Both the position numbers and the translations under genes were made by a program. A DNA stretch of 64,000 bases, taken from positions 11,656,001 to 11,720,000 of the forward strand of contig CM120645.1 of assembly GCA_051362555.1 (NCBI GenBank), in the 5' to 3' direction. How positions within the stretch are numbered: the first letter of the stretch is position 1; each line of letters opens with the position of its first letter. Source of the stretch: Lingula anatina. Its lineage: Eukaryota; Animalia; Brachiopoda. Under the pieces are notes generated by a model. That model did no database searches. It saw only the letters and a program-made list of their open reading frames with translations, and had not been told where the DNA came from. Positions 1 to 33,060 of the stretch are shown piece by piece.

Positions 1-768
1 AAGTCGGCTTTGATTAAGTTACTTTAACTCAGAGAGCTGCCTTATGTCGACTGAGCTATAACAGTGTCACGGCTGACCGATTTATACAAAGAATACTTTT
101 TAAACTTTAAAAAAAACGTCCTCGGGCACCCAATATGATAGAAAACAATGGCACGATAATTCGATTTTTGGCTTTAAGATTTAATTCTTAGACTTAAAAA
201 GTAGATAATCGAACTTTTATAAACTTTGTTAAGGGACCTTTACCAAGTCAGTTTTCTTCGTTGGCTTGCCAAGGACAATGACCTCGTCACCCGGCAAGGG
301 AAATGACCCAAAACTAAGTTCATTTCGTGAAATGGTGTTTTGCGTGCGCACTACTTAACGTTTCAATGTTAGAGTAATCTTTTTATTGCTGATTCGCCTG
401 CCAATGGTTCTGTACCAAAACTGGAGTTCTTGGAGGTCCCTCTGGATGTGGAACGTGTTAGGAGAGGAAATAAAGGGAAATAAAATAGAGGAGTTTATCA
501 GGCAGTCCTTGGGGACAGAGAGAAGATTCCAAAGTGTGTCAGGAAGTTGCATCTCACGGAAAACTTACAGCCGTGTTGTCTTTTCTTTATTCTATCAATT
601 TTTACTTTGTTCATTCGTTTTTTTATCAGTTGTAATACATTTGTTGAAATCACTAACATTTCCTTAAGAGCAAGACTGCAAAGGAAGGTCTCTTTCACTA
701 AAAAAATAATGAAAACCCGAAATAACGATGGGCAAAAACTAAACTTGTAATTGGTACCGGCTGCCTCT
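1..768. mobile_element. Probable terminal part of a Kolobok-like DNA transposon running off the window start
   Basis: Ends in ...GGTACCGGCTGCCTCT followed by TTAA (769-772), matching the RR...YY terminus plus TTAA target of Kolobok. The other end is not visible and there is no credible ORF. Confidence 0.3.
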
Positions 769-3126
769 TTAATATTATGTCGCTAGTAGCCGTTTAGATA
801 TATTTCAACACGATATTTTTTTTGATCAATCAAATGTTTTAAAAAACAGTTGAACGATTTTAAAATAAAATTATCAAAAACTAAGTATTAGATAGCATAT
901 GAACAAAAGAATGCTTTGTTTGTCAATGGAACATTATAACAGAAACCAGACAATTCATTTACGCAAAATATTACGACTTTATTCGAATTCATAAGGTACA
1001 TCGTCCACGAATATACCATTATTTAATATACACGTTAACATACAACGCATTCCAGTATGTACATAAGAAATATGTTAGTAATTTACACCAAATAACCCGC
1101 ATTATATGACTCAACTACAGGATACTTAATGTCAATAGCTGTTATGATAAATCAGGATACCTGATATACAAAATGCACTGATAACGCACTGTAAATAACA
1201 ATATCATTCACAAATACATGCAAACAAAGTACCTTTCAAAAATGGCTTTCGTTCAATCCAATAATTGGTTTTGAAAACGTACACAATAGCAGTTTTTTTA
1301 ACAGTTTTAGCTCCACAACTGAAATTGATGACATCAGACTAGACGAAGCTGCTAAGCTAATTTCTATTGAACGATCGATTCATGTGGGGAGCAAACTTCA
1401 CCTAGGGCATGGCGGGCCACATGTGCGAGACAAAACCAGAGTCTTATACCAGAGATGTTCCGTTAGATAACAGCGCCATGCAATAAAATGGTCAGTGACC
1501 ATGCCAATTCCAAGAGCGTTAACCAAGAATTGTCTCGCAAAATTATCTTCACGAATATCGTAATACGAGCACTTGCAAAGTTCAAGTATACTTTTTCCAC
1601 GTTTACAAACGTACGGCCCACACCACTTACAATGGCAGTTATGCGTCATTACAAAACCTTTTTATGCAAACCAGCAATCTTATCAAACTTATCAACGGGT
1701 TTTAATGCAAGCACTTCTACGTAAATGGATCTACATTTTGTGACGCGAAACTTTGCGCCATGCATAAACTTCTTTACTTAAACGATATCTCTCACATCCG
1801 AGCATAATGAAATTATCTGAAATGGGCCAAGCGCGTACATGTTGTAAGGCCTCCGTTTTTAACTTTATCTTTTCTGATCTAATGCCATCCTGTGTCGTAC
1901 ACCTGAACATTACTCTATTTGAACACACAAGCGCAACATCTCCCGTTTTCTCCTTGTGCCTAATGGAGCGAGTGAATGACGCACTTTATGCAAAACCAAA
2001 TGAGACATCAATATATTTCAGAACATTGACTTAATGATGCAAGAGTTGCAATCAATGGGCCGTTCTTAAACCTTAATGCATTGACTGGTAGCACCTGGCA
2101 TTTGTCTATGATGCAGATTACGTTACCTACGTGACGGAAATGATATACTTGGCAAGCATTCAGCCGGTATTTACATACATATTTTATACTGCGGTAATAT
2201 CCACAATAATATATTATATTACCTACAGTATCTTATTTGCGTAACTAAATATATATTTTTATATCTTTAATATTATACATAATCTATGCGTTTGTAACGC
2301 CACTTTCAGTCATCTTGCTTTCAGAAAAGTGCTACAATATCTCCAACACATTTTTGTAACTGTCCGAAATTTTGCAAATTATCTAAATATCATACAAAAG
2401 TTTCTGGTTCTGTCACCCGTTTTTGTCATGTTTAAACTCAACATGTCCGCTTAATCAAGAGCTGCACATTTTATCAGCCTCAGCGCATTCTTTAAGGATA
2501 TCGTAAAATGTTTCATTTTTCTTCTCATAATTCTCGAGTATCTTGCAAAACTATGGAACTGCACATAATGGTTGTCAATTCTTTGCGCAGTTTTGCTACA
2601 TCTTGTGCTCTATGTGCCAGAAACTAATCCTCTGTCACATACTACAGTTACAACTATAAATTTGAGTCAGACATTGTCACATATTACAGCTACGACTATA
2701 AATTTGAGCCAGGCATATCATACAAATAAGTCTGCCTTCACAAGGTGTACGTGCCACGTGTCATATGTTTAAGACGCGTGAAAAAATATGAAAATACTTC
2801 TTCAAATGAACGGTTGTTGCATCGTAATCTCGGGCTCTGAATTAAGTCCCGTCATTACATCAAATTGGCATTCTCTTACATCACATTCTAAACATCATTG
2901 AGCAATTATGAATTTTTAAGCACTATCATAAAAAAGCCTCTTCCTGTATGAAAATAAAATATCACATGTTACAAACATGATTACAGCAAAACAGTTAACA
3001 AACTCATTGTTCTGTCTTAAAAAAATAAGTTTTGCATTTTTTTTTCAATCTCGCACTTACATCATCCAAACATCAACAGCAGCTGTAACAATAAAAATAT
3101 ACAATATCAGCAACATTTCGAGTGCA

Positions 3127-4510
3127 TCATCTCTGGAAGCTTTGGGTCGCAACGGGGACCATGCGACTGAGCGTTCCCGTTACACTGGAATTCATACGAA
3201 CAATTTGGTACCCATCCTCGTCCGGTAATTTCCTAGTGTATTTTTTCTTTGGGAGGGTAGGATAGGACTTAAACACAGTGGGAGGATTCTCTGGCCTTTG
3301 AATACCAGCATCAGTGTATCTTAACAACACTCTTTTATTGGCAGTTTCAATCTCGTTCAACTCCCGCCTATAGACTTCGGCCAAAACTTTGTTTCTGGAG
3401 GATATTTTCATCGATTTGGAAGGTTTTGGCGATTTGGGGCATTTCGGTGGGAAAGGGGCCGTTAGGGTCAATACAGTTTGGCTCTGAAGAGTAGGCCGTG
3501 GGTCCGACGTGAAAGAAACCCTGGTCCTCCGCCCTCCAGCGCTGCGCACTCGTTGTTGCCCAGAAACGTCCAATTGGATGCCGTCGCTCTTGCAAGCGCA
3601 CGAGAAGAGCTCGTTCTCAAGGTGAAGGTTGTTTCCGTTGCCACACCTGGAGCACGTTCTGGCCCACTCATCGATATTGGGGACTTGAGTGCTGCCTAGT
3701 AGGGTGCAAGAAAAAAAGCAAATGTGGGGTTAGTATTTGGTTAATAATGCATTGACTACAACAAATATACAAGCATAAAATTTAACAGAATTCTAGCTGT
3801 TCCTCTTAAAATTTTGATGCATCTACTTTTCTATTAATGTCCTATAAAATATAATTCCACACACTTCCTTATTAGGTAAAGAAAATAAGCAAATACGAGG
3901 GGGATATATCTCCGATATTCATTTCAAGTATCTAAACGAATGCAATAATCCACGGCAATTCAAAAACACCAAACCACATTTTAAAGAAATTGGTATAGAA
4001 CCTAGTTAGGCATAAATATAACCAAACACACAATTCACTTTCAAGACGCAAAACTACAAAATGATAACACAAAATAATATCCCAAGACAAATATATGTCT
4101 AGAAAGTAACAAAATGAAACTTAACACGAAGGTCTAAGGGGAAGAATTATCTTGGACCAAGAGGGAAAGTGTGCCAACAATAATGTATCATAAACAGCAA
4201 AACAGCAATACGGATTATACAGTAGAGTCGACCCTTAGGGAGCGCATTTGTCTACCACCGTGGTAGGGCGCCTACGCAGTGGACAAGTATTAAGCCAGGA
4301 CCAGGTGCGGGGTAAAAGATGGGGGATGACCCGCGTCCCTGCTGGGACCAAAGCAGATGTTTTCGCCAGTTAGCCAAAGGAGGGATGCGCTATCATTACG
4401 TCCATAAACGTGGCAATTTAAGCTGGCAGATCGAAAGATCGATGTCTGGAAGCTGGGGCTTTTCAAGGCTCAGCCACTCACTAAGACGGCCAGAATTCCA
4501 CTTGGTGCAT
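3127..4510 (-). CDS. Uncharacterised basic protein (~197 aa); main exon 3691-3127, candidate first coding exon 4510-4482
   Basis: The frame of ORF 3127-3573 stays open back to a polypyrimidine tract with TAG/CAG acceptors (3698-3692). ATG at 4510 plus a GTGAGT donor at 4481 joins in phase 2 to the CAG acceptor, giving MHQVEFWPSY-TQVPNIDEWARTCSRC. GC-richer than the flanks; no recognised domain; first exon uncertain. Confidence 0.55.
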
Positions 4511-4736
4511 TGCGGATATGATCTCTCTCACTCATTAAACTTAATTATCTTTAAAAGCAGAACACTGCTCCAATGGGAGCATGTTTGTTTTGGCAACTTC
4601 TTATTTTTAAAACTGCTCAGGAAGAACGAAATTGAATTCTCACAAGGGTCCATTTCTTTTTTGTTTAACTAATTATTTTAGAAAAAGTTTTTTTGCTTAA
4701 TTTTTTATGCTGCTCCCCCTTCCCCTTTTAAGACAA

Positions 4737-4795
<59 letters not shown>
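4737..4795. repeat. (TAAA)n microsatellite
   Basis: Direct reading. Confidence 0.95.
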
Positions 4796-7075
4796 GAACG
4801 TAATCATTTCATAATAATAAAGAAAAATAATTACTATTTCATAGAAAAAAAGGGCAAAATAATATCAATAAAAAGCTTAGGATAACTTTAGCACTGCCAT
4901 ACCAACAGACGGAATTCAACTCAAAAGGAATTTAAAAAAAAGAGAGACATGTAAAAGTGTGATAAGGAGGGTCGGATTTACCAATTCATTTCACCTAATT
5001 GTGAAAGACCCAAAGGAGCGTGCCTTTTGGCCAGAACAAAAAAATTAGCCACCACCATTCTGAATTTCTGAGCTCAATTTGGGGATTTACCCTGATAAAA
5101 TGTCCTCCCATTAGTAAAAGAAAATGTAGAAAATGAAACCAGACCATTTCAATCATTCGGTGAATGTGAAAATTAAGTGGGAAGGCAAAAGGAGAGGTTC
5201 ACAACATAGAGGCCAGTCCGCATGCGCAAGACGTAAGACAAACGGCGCACATATAAAAAGGTAAACTGAAGGAATAAATTATCAAATATGACGAAAAGCC
5301 AATCATATCTGAAGAGACTGTTTTGTTCTAATTATGAGGCAAGGCATTTCGACCCTTGATCACGTGACCGACTCGTCACGTGTCAAAACGTCATGCATCA
5401 TAGGTAGAAACCACTTTTCGTCTCTTTGAAAACGATTTGCAGTATGTCGCCATAACGTATCCAGTACGTTTAGATAAAGAAAGGAGAGTGAACAAAGACC
5501 ACTGTGATTCACAGTAAAGACAAGTCAGTACTCAAACATATAGTCTGTTACCGTGAATAAATGCGGATTCGAGGAAGTCTAAATTCGGTGGGGGTTACTG
5601 CAAATGCTAAAAGGGAAAATGGAAATGTTTTAAAGCGCTGTCTATTGGGAACTTGAACCGTGACTTTAACTGCTACATGAAAATCTACTTCTACGTTAAC
5701 TTAGAAAGTCTAAGTAAGAACATATCGTACTAAACGTATAAAATGAAGTTTAGAAACTACCCATTTTGCTTCAATGCACACGGTGTTATAAACTAGAATA
5801 ATCAGAGAAGCGTCACACGCAAGAAAATTGTCTCTACCTCCCTAATTTTATATTTGATGATTGATGAATTTCCACTTTCTAGCGTGAAACGCACCAGGAA
5901 ATTCAATCTAATCTACACTGTGATTTAACCAAAAATAGATAGCAGCAACATTAACTTACTACTCAGTGCTTATCTAAAGTATAAACCTATCAGTTAAAGA
6001 GATAACATGCGTGCATCCTTTGTGCAATTTGCGCTAGTGGTACTACAGGTAAGTGATATATATATCGATTGTTAGTAATTATCTCTACGTTACTTATTAT
6101 GACGTATTCGTGTGTGCCTCACAGAATATGCTGTTACGTCACAGCGTGTCCTAATATCGTAGTGCACATCAACGTCACAAGGTGTAGTATTACGTCAGGG
6201 TGCCAGGATACGTTTCAGCTGCAGTAACTGTAGGACAAATGCTGTGATCATGTGGAATTTTAAAGCGTTGTTTCAGAACAAGCTGTTTGTAGTAAACCAT
6301 GCAAGGAATCACGGGCCATAATCACAATCACGTATATCGTAATAGCCCTACATTACTGCAGCATCGGGAACAGTGCAAACGATTAATTTACTTGTTAGTA
6401 GTTTTGACAACCAAGACGTGGCTCCGAAGATGAGGACGGATGACAGGGATTTCGAGTGGTAATTTTCTGGGAGATATTCTCGGTAAACGATTCAGCAGCA
6501 GCCCAGGAAAGCAAGATGGCCGAGAACCTTCCGTGTCCCTTGTGAGAGGCCCACTGACATAGAGTGGGGAGAGTAGGCGACCTTTGAATACTGCGGGTTG
6601 AACGGTTTTGGAAATTAATCAAATATTAATTAAAGTATGTAGACCAGAGAACAGTACAGTGTAACTGTTGACTGATGCTAGAACATACCCTGTAACACTT
6701 CACTTTGTATCTGAAGCCTAGTTAACAATTTACATGTAATGTATAATTTTAGCTTACTTATCATGACATAAGTGATCTATATCGATAATGACTGAGATGA
6801 CTACTGAGATTAAATCAATAAATATCTAAATGACTTACACAATAATAATAATAATAATAATAATACTATTAAGCTACAGAGTATTTTTTAATTTAGCCAA
6901 GCATATATACGATAATGTTCAATAACATTTTCTCATATAACAGCACTGCAAGTGTAGTAGAAGTTTCAACAATAACTCCAGCAAAAGCTTCCACTTCAAC
7001 TGCACAAAATGAATACTGAAAACCAAGCCTTATCGCCATTATACATAACAGCTACAAGTACATATATATCAGTGG

Positions 7076-26831
<19,756 letters not shown>

Positions 26832-26918
26832 CGGTGCATGGCGGTGGTGGACATACCTTCCATTTTCAACCCAGGACCATGCAATCACGATCTTTCTCTA
26901 CCCTAGGCACGCTTTGTC

Positions 26919-26932
26919 GTCTCCATGGAGGC
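26919..26932. promoter_or_regulatory. RFX X-box-like motif upstream of TTLL3
   Basis: GTCTCCATGGAGGC, 13/14 match to the palindromic X-box GTCTCCATGGAGAC, ~90 bp upstream of the proposed ATG. RFX control of ciliary genes is established. Confidence 0.55.
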
Positions 26933-26939
26933 GCCATAT

Positions 26940-27240
26940 TGTTTGGAACCAATAGCTTTAATCTCAAACCTTATCAACACTAAATGCCTTTTAAAATACT
27001 CAATTTATATTAAGTATCTGGTATTTTAATAAATACCCGAACTTTTTTGTATTTTTCTGAGAATAAATGCACATTTCACCTAAATTTTTTATATTCTAGG
27101 CATTAAAAGAAATATTTGAAAATATCTAAAATTATATTCCTCGAGTTCGAGAGTAAACGATATTTTCCGAGAGTTCACGAAATTGACCTATTTAGTGGGG
27201 GGTCCTCTTCCTTGTTAGTTGTGCGGCTCTTGACAGGTTA
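26940..27240. promoter_or_regulatory. Probable bidirectional promoter between TTLL3 (-) and rolling stone-like (+)
   Basis: Head-to-head genes; candidate non-coding first-exon donor ACAG|GTTAGT at ~27236; acceptor TTTCAG at 28256 just before the ATG. Confidence 0.45.
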
Positions 27241-28257
27241 GTTACTCTTTAAAATCATGTAACACTACGGTTTTTAAAGATTTTATAAAATATATTTCCA
27301 CATATTTTGCTCTTTTGATAGTGTAAGGCTTGCGCAAATATCTTTAAAATGACATGTTATGGTTTATACTAAACTAAAAACGCGTTAATGACAAGCTGAA
27401 AAATAATTGCACAGTCACCAAGGGCGCAGTAACCAATATTTACCCGAGTTCCATAGAATATTGGATACCGACTTCTGTTATCAGTTTTTTCCCCACTGTT
27501 TTTAGTTACCAGTCGCTCATGGGCATTCTGATGATATGACATGGGCAATGTTACATGTAATCTTGTTCCAATTTATCAAAATTAATCAAGCGCCATGTTA
27601 TGTTATGAAATGAATTACTCTGTTTAAAAATAGCCTATTGGGCTATATACCCACTCATTTCTAGTGAAAAGTCGGATAAATATATGTTATTGAAATGCAT
27701 CAATTTTTTTTTTTACATGCCATCATTCATTGTCCTTAATTTTTGACCGAGTAAAGTGGATTAATTTTGGCAAAGTTACAAAATCTCCTGTATGCTATTA
27801 AATGTGTACATAACATTATCATTGATGTTACACACACCTTGTGATTGAACTATTTCTTATCTTGTTTGCACAATGATTGAACCATGTGGATTGAATGGGG
27901 TGGTGATTGAGCCGTGCCATACAGTGATTGGAATTTATACAGTAGTCAATGAATAGATTTTTTTTTAAAATTTTAATAGTTAATATTTTAATTTTAATTG
28001 GCAAAATGACTGAAGTCTAGGGAGGAAGAATTTTCATTATTTATTTTTTGACCAATCTTAGTGTAAATTAATGTTGATTACAATAATGCTGAAATTATAT
28101 TATGAACTCTTGGAACTTACTAGTACTAGTTTCGAACTTTCAGAATATGAATTAAGTACACTGTACATGTAAACTACATGTACCGGTACATAAAATTAGC
28201 CTGGAAAGGGTTTGAACCATTTCTTTCTTGTTTAACTTTATAAATGTGTTTTTCAGG

Positions 28258-30100
28258 ATGTCCATCCGCCAAGAGCTGAGGTGTGCCAATTTTGGCTTAA
28301 ATTATTTCAGGGAGGATGTGTTCTACTTACCACAGGTAAGGAAAACTGATACTGTCTAGATCTGAAAAAATACCTACAGATGGTTAGGCTAACTCAGACA
28401 TTAAAATTCAGTCAAATGTTGAACCATGTACTGATTTTACTTAAGAAGAAATTATTATTATTATTATTATTTATTATTTATTTATTTATTTTTTTTTTAT
28501 TTTAACTTTTGCAATATTAACCCTTGATTTGGTTCAACAGTTTGATTTGGTTGAAATTGTGCATAGTTTTGTAAAAAAGAACTTTAACCTAGAAGGAGAG
28601 GGTCTAGAAGTTTCATATTAGCTTATACAGGCATAGATTAGAAATTGTTAAAAGAAATATTAAAAGGAACCAATACCGTTTAAGGGGCGAATTGGCAGAG
28701 ATACATAGTTGCTAGTTTGCATTCGTTTTAAATGAATAGCATAAAACCACATTGTCCATTTTGAGTTGAGAAAAAATATTATATGTTGGCAGGATCTTTA
28801 GTGTTTCAAAAGTCTGCTTTTCATGTTTATTTATTATTATTATTTATTATTTTGTGATTGATGGTTGAGGGGTTGCATGCTGTGTTTTTTAAACTGCAAA
28901 TATCTTTATATTTGTTAATCCCATCTGCTACCTGGGTTTATGGTGAATGGGTGAATTTTCATGTAAATGTGAAAAAAGAAAACTTTGTAACTTTTTAACC
29001 AGTTATATATGTGTTATCATCCCTTTGTTGTGCATCACCCAGCCGGTGGTTCAAACCCAGGAGGGAGTTGCATCTCTCTGGCCCTCTACTGGTAGTTTAT
29101 TCAAATTCTATCAGTAGGGCATTGTAGTCACATTCAAAATTGAAAACAAATGTCTTAAACCATGAATTAAAACAATTGCTTGCTTTTGAACTTGGGCTGG
29201 ACGATGCGTTCTGTTCTTTTCCAGTGGAACTGGCCTCCCATGGTCTTCATAATCTATAGAGTGGTGATGGCTCTTTATTGCATGGTCTGGGTCATATATG
29301 CTGCATCCATTTCTCCTACAGCTAACCTAAAAGAGCCGTGGTGGGCCTGGTTGACTAACTGGTCGTATATTGTATTAACATGCCACATGGTGCTTGCTGC
29401 GGCCATCTCCCTGTGGCATACACCTAAACGTTGCAGCAGGAATAACATTGGGATTGAAGCAGGTGGGGGTAATTCAAAGGACACGGCCCAGCAGGACCAT
29501 ACTTACTACACCAATCCTGCTGTTAGCGCAGATGCCGCCATAGATACCACGACAGATACCACCACAAGTGCCTCCCTTGGTCATGGCGCCTCCAGCGGTA
29601 CCAACCTGGTGGACACGGAAAATGGGGCCAAAGAGACGTCAGCGTCGATTCGCTGGTACATGAAACTGGATTGGTTGCTGTGGACTGTTGCGAGTGTTTG
29701 CGCCATTATCGTCAGCTTGGTGATCATGGTGTTCGCCTACCCAGTCCTGAAGGGCATTCCGACACCGGTGGACTTCCAAGTTCATGTGGCCAACACCATA
29801 CTCGTTCTGATCGATACCATTGTTGCAGGATATCCAGTGCGCATACTGCATGTTGTCTACGTGCACGTGTATGGGTGCGTGTACGTGGTGTTCAGTGTGA
29901 TATACTGGGCTGTTGATCACACTAATGTGATGTATCCTGTGTTATTGGATTGGAATGGTCCAGGATATACCTTCATATCTCTAGGGGTTGTGTTTCTTAT
30001 TGTTATGCCTTTGTTGCAGTTGATATATTACGGCATTTTCAGATTGAAATTGTATTGTTTGAAAAGATCACCTGTTCCAAGTGGTGAACTTCCACTTTAA
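28258..30100 (+). CDS. rost: Protein rolling stone-like multi-pass membrane protein, copy A (exons 28258-28335 and 29225-30100, 317 aa)
   Basis: Exon 1 MSIRQELRCANFGLNYFREDVFYLPQ splices in phase 0 to WNWP. Motifs YR...ALY, WLTNWSY, WYMKLDW, HVAN, YPVRILH, YPVLLDWNGP; about six hydrophobic segments. Confidence 0.85.
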
Positions 30101-32402
30101 GAAGAAGAATTTTGATGTGTCCAAATTTAAAAATAGAAACTGGAGTTGACATCTCAGCCATACTGGAAGTTATCACACTGAGTAAGATCGTGGTATATAT
30201 ATAATACCAATATTTATATTTTGGACATATCTCTATATGCAGTATATCAGGGTCGTCACAAGACAATTTAATTTTTTTTTTTTTTTTGAGTTTGAAAAGT
30301 TAAGTATTAATAATTCATGGGAACAAATATAGGTAGTAAACATTGAATACTAGGGTAAGTTTCTATTCATGAAGTATTTAATTCTAATTTATTAGTTTTT
30401 TATTATATTATGTTATTTAGATTTTGAGAACAGAACAAAGAATTGTTTAAATATTTATTTGATGCAAAAAGGATCAAAATTTGAAAGTTTTTTTTATTAC
30501 TGTTTTTACTTAAATCCACATGTTAAGAGTAATTTAACATTATAGCTATTGTTAAATGTAATTTGTCTTTGGACCATTTTTGGAAATAATTTTGAACTTT
30601 TTTTTTTTGTTCTATGTGAAAGTGCTTCAATTGGTGATCATGAGCAGGTGTAGAAAACGTGGTATTGTCATCAAAACGAAAAACAGATGAACAAATTTAT
30701 CTCTGAATTTACTTTTCAAATTTTCCCCAGCAGATACATGGGATCAATTTTTTCTAAAAATTTACTTTTCACATTTTCTCTACCAAAGTAGAGATCTTTA
30801 CAACTGAAGCTCTCATGAAATATTATTATATAAAAATACAATTGATGTTATTGCAGAAAAAATCAAAATAAAAGTGCCATGCAGTGTGTCGTAGGATTGA
30901 AATGCTTGTAATTATAGTAGAGGGGGTAAAGAAAGATGTAACAGAGGGAGCTCCACTTGGTCTCACCTCAATTTGATGCAACTTATATGCAATATGTGTA
31001 ATCCAAGAAACATTTATTAATTAACCATGCCCAACTTCTTTTTCTTTCTTTTTTATTTTTTTCTGGTTTATATACAAGTTAATTGAAGTTATTCTGAATA
31101 TTTTAATATTTTTCTTGTGCAAAATATCGTTGTACATTCTTATGTACATTTAGTGATCAAATAACACTTGTAGTGCCAAATGTTAACATTTCATGTGTGA
31201 TTTATAAAGATCAAAGATATATTTTACCTTTCTTTTTAATTTTATTGCCACAGCTATGCCATTTTTACATGCATGTGTATTTCACACTGAGTAGTATACT
31301 TTTTTACTCTTCTGTGAAAGTGTAGCGAACAAATACAAAAATATGGTTAACATTTGTTTTTCCTTTCTTGTTTTTTTGCTTCAAAAGTTCTTATACAAAA
31401 TGTGATATTTTTATACTGTTGTAAAAATTTAATTAACAAATTCCACAAGGGCCTTATCACTTTATATATTATAGTATATATTTATAGTTAAAATATCATA
31501 TACTAGTAGTTTTTATACTACCATAAAAGATTATTTGACTAATACCTTTTTATATTTATTTGTTAAACTTGTGAAAATTCATCAATCAAGTGCCATATTA
31601 ATGTTCTAGAAGTTTTGTATGTATAGCTTAGAAACTGTCAAATATTGTTTACTACACTGCCGTGATAAATGAACACATAACACATACTTGTAAATGCCTT
31701 ATAATATTTATATAGTTTAAGAAATGTTGTGTTTTGAAATTGCTGTAAAGGTTGAACAAATGCCACATAAATGAAAATTTTTTGATTTATATAAGAGTGG
31801 AATGTATAAATGACCAATACTATTTAGGTAATACAGCATGACTTTGCATGTTCTATGGTATGAATCTGAATTATTTGTTTCAAAATTGGTATATTGAAAT
31901 ATCACAGCAATATTAAGACAGGGTCTTCCACACAAAGCTGTATGCTTTATACTGAACAAAGACAAGAGTATCAGTTATGTATCCACGTCTTTGCCACAGT
32001 GTGACAAACCTTTATAGACCAGGAAAGTAATAATTGTGAAATCTTACTTTAATTTTATGTTGCACTAAGTTGCATAAAGTATTATAAATCTACAATAGTG
32101 AAGGGAGTATTTTGATATAGACATTTGTATTTTAAAGATGGATCAGTTAATCATTAGTTGTTATACAGGATTTTTGAAAAATTAATTTTTGTATATTTTC
32201 AATTAGTATTATTCATATTAATTTGTCTGAAAGTATTCTGTTCTTGTTATAGAACTTGTCAGTTTTCAATGCTTTTTAATGCTTAATCCCTCAAACGCAA
32301 GAAAATGAGTTTGTTAAATAAAAATGTTCTAATTGAATATGCTGTGTATGTTGTACGTACTGTACCACATGAAACAAAATCGGGGGGTGGGGGTACAGTT
32401 AA

Positions 32403-32739
32403 AGTGATAATAACTCTTCGTTTCGGCCAAAAAATGAATTTTCCTGGAGTAAACAACAATTTTTCCATACTTACCAATGGTTAATGAATCCATTTTTACA
32501 TTCAAAGTTAGTCCCTGGTTTTTTTCTAAAAAGTTTGGTTTTTTGTTAAAATCTCTTAAGAGATTTTAACAGAGTATAGCCATCAATGGAGGTCACGTGG
32601 TCTAAAGACAAGCTCAGATATCAGAATAATAGCTATAACAGCCGTTTTTGTGGGAAAACAGTATATATTATATTTTTATGAGTCACTCACAATGTTTTTA
32701 TTGTGAAATACAGATTTCATATGAAGAGTTATTATCCCT
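32403..32739. mobile_element. Kolobok-like MITE (337 bp)
   Basis: 17-bp TIRs AGTGATAATAACTCTTC / GAAGAGTTATTATCCCT (one mismatch), flanked by TTAA at 32399-32402 and 32740-32743. Confidence 0.8.
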
Positions 32740-33060
32740 TTAAGAAAAGGAGAAAGTCGAGTAATTTTACCTGCTAATTACAACAACCAATCAAAAATGA
32801 GCGAAAGCAATTTTTCAATCTGGCTACAAGATATCGTACGTGGATAAGTCTGGCATAGCTGTTCGTGTTCACATTTCAGTCAATCGTTGAAGCCAGCTCA
32901 CCAAATCGCAATGGTTTTTCATCTACATATTCAGGTTCATTTTTTTATTGCAATTTTTCTTCTACAAGCGATTTCCTATTCTGGATTTCACTAGGTTGCA
33001 AACAACCGGGCATTCCAAACAAGATTATACAACACGCTTCATTTTTTTTCTTCGTTTCAG

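Noticed and set aside
1398-2034. Cys/Trp-containing short ORFs on the minus strand
   Set aside because: No continuous frame, splice pattern or recognisable motif; at most decayed coding DNA.
4220-4400. GC-rich patch with small hairpins (CTACCA-CCG-TGGTAG) as a possible ribozyme or ncRNA
   Set aside because: I could not fit HDV, hammerhead or tRNA consensus by eye; a covariance-model search would be needed.
6392-6560. Selenoprotein-like reading MSVGLSQ..LGCC-TGA-IVYR that could splice in phase 1 to 3695
   Set aside because: Frame agreement has a 1-in-3 chance, I recognise no SECIS or selenoprotein similarity, and a simpler first exon exists at 4482-4510.
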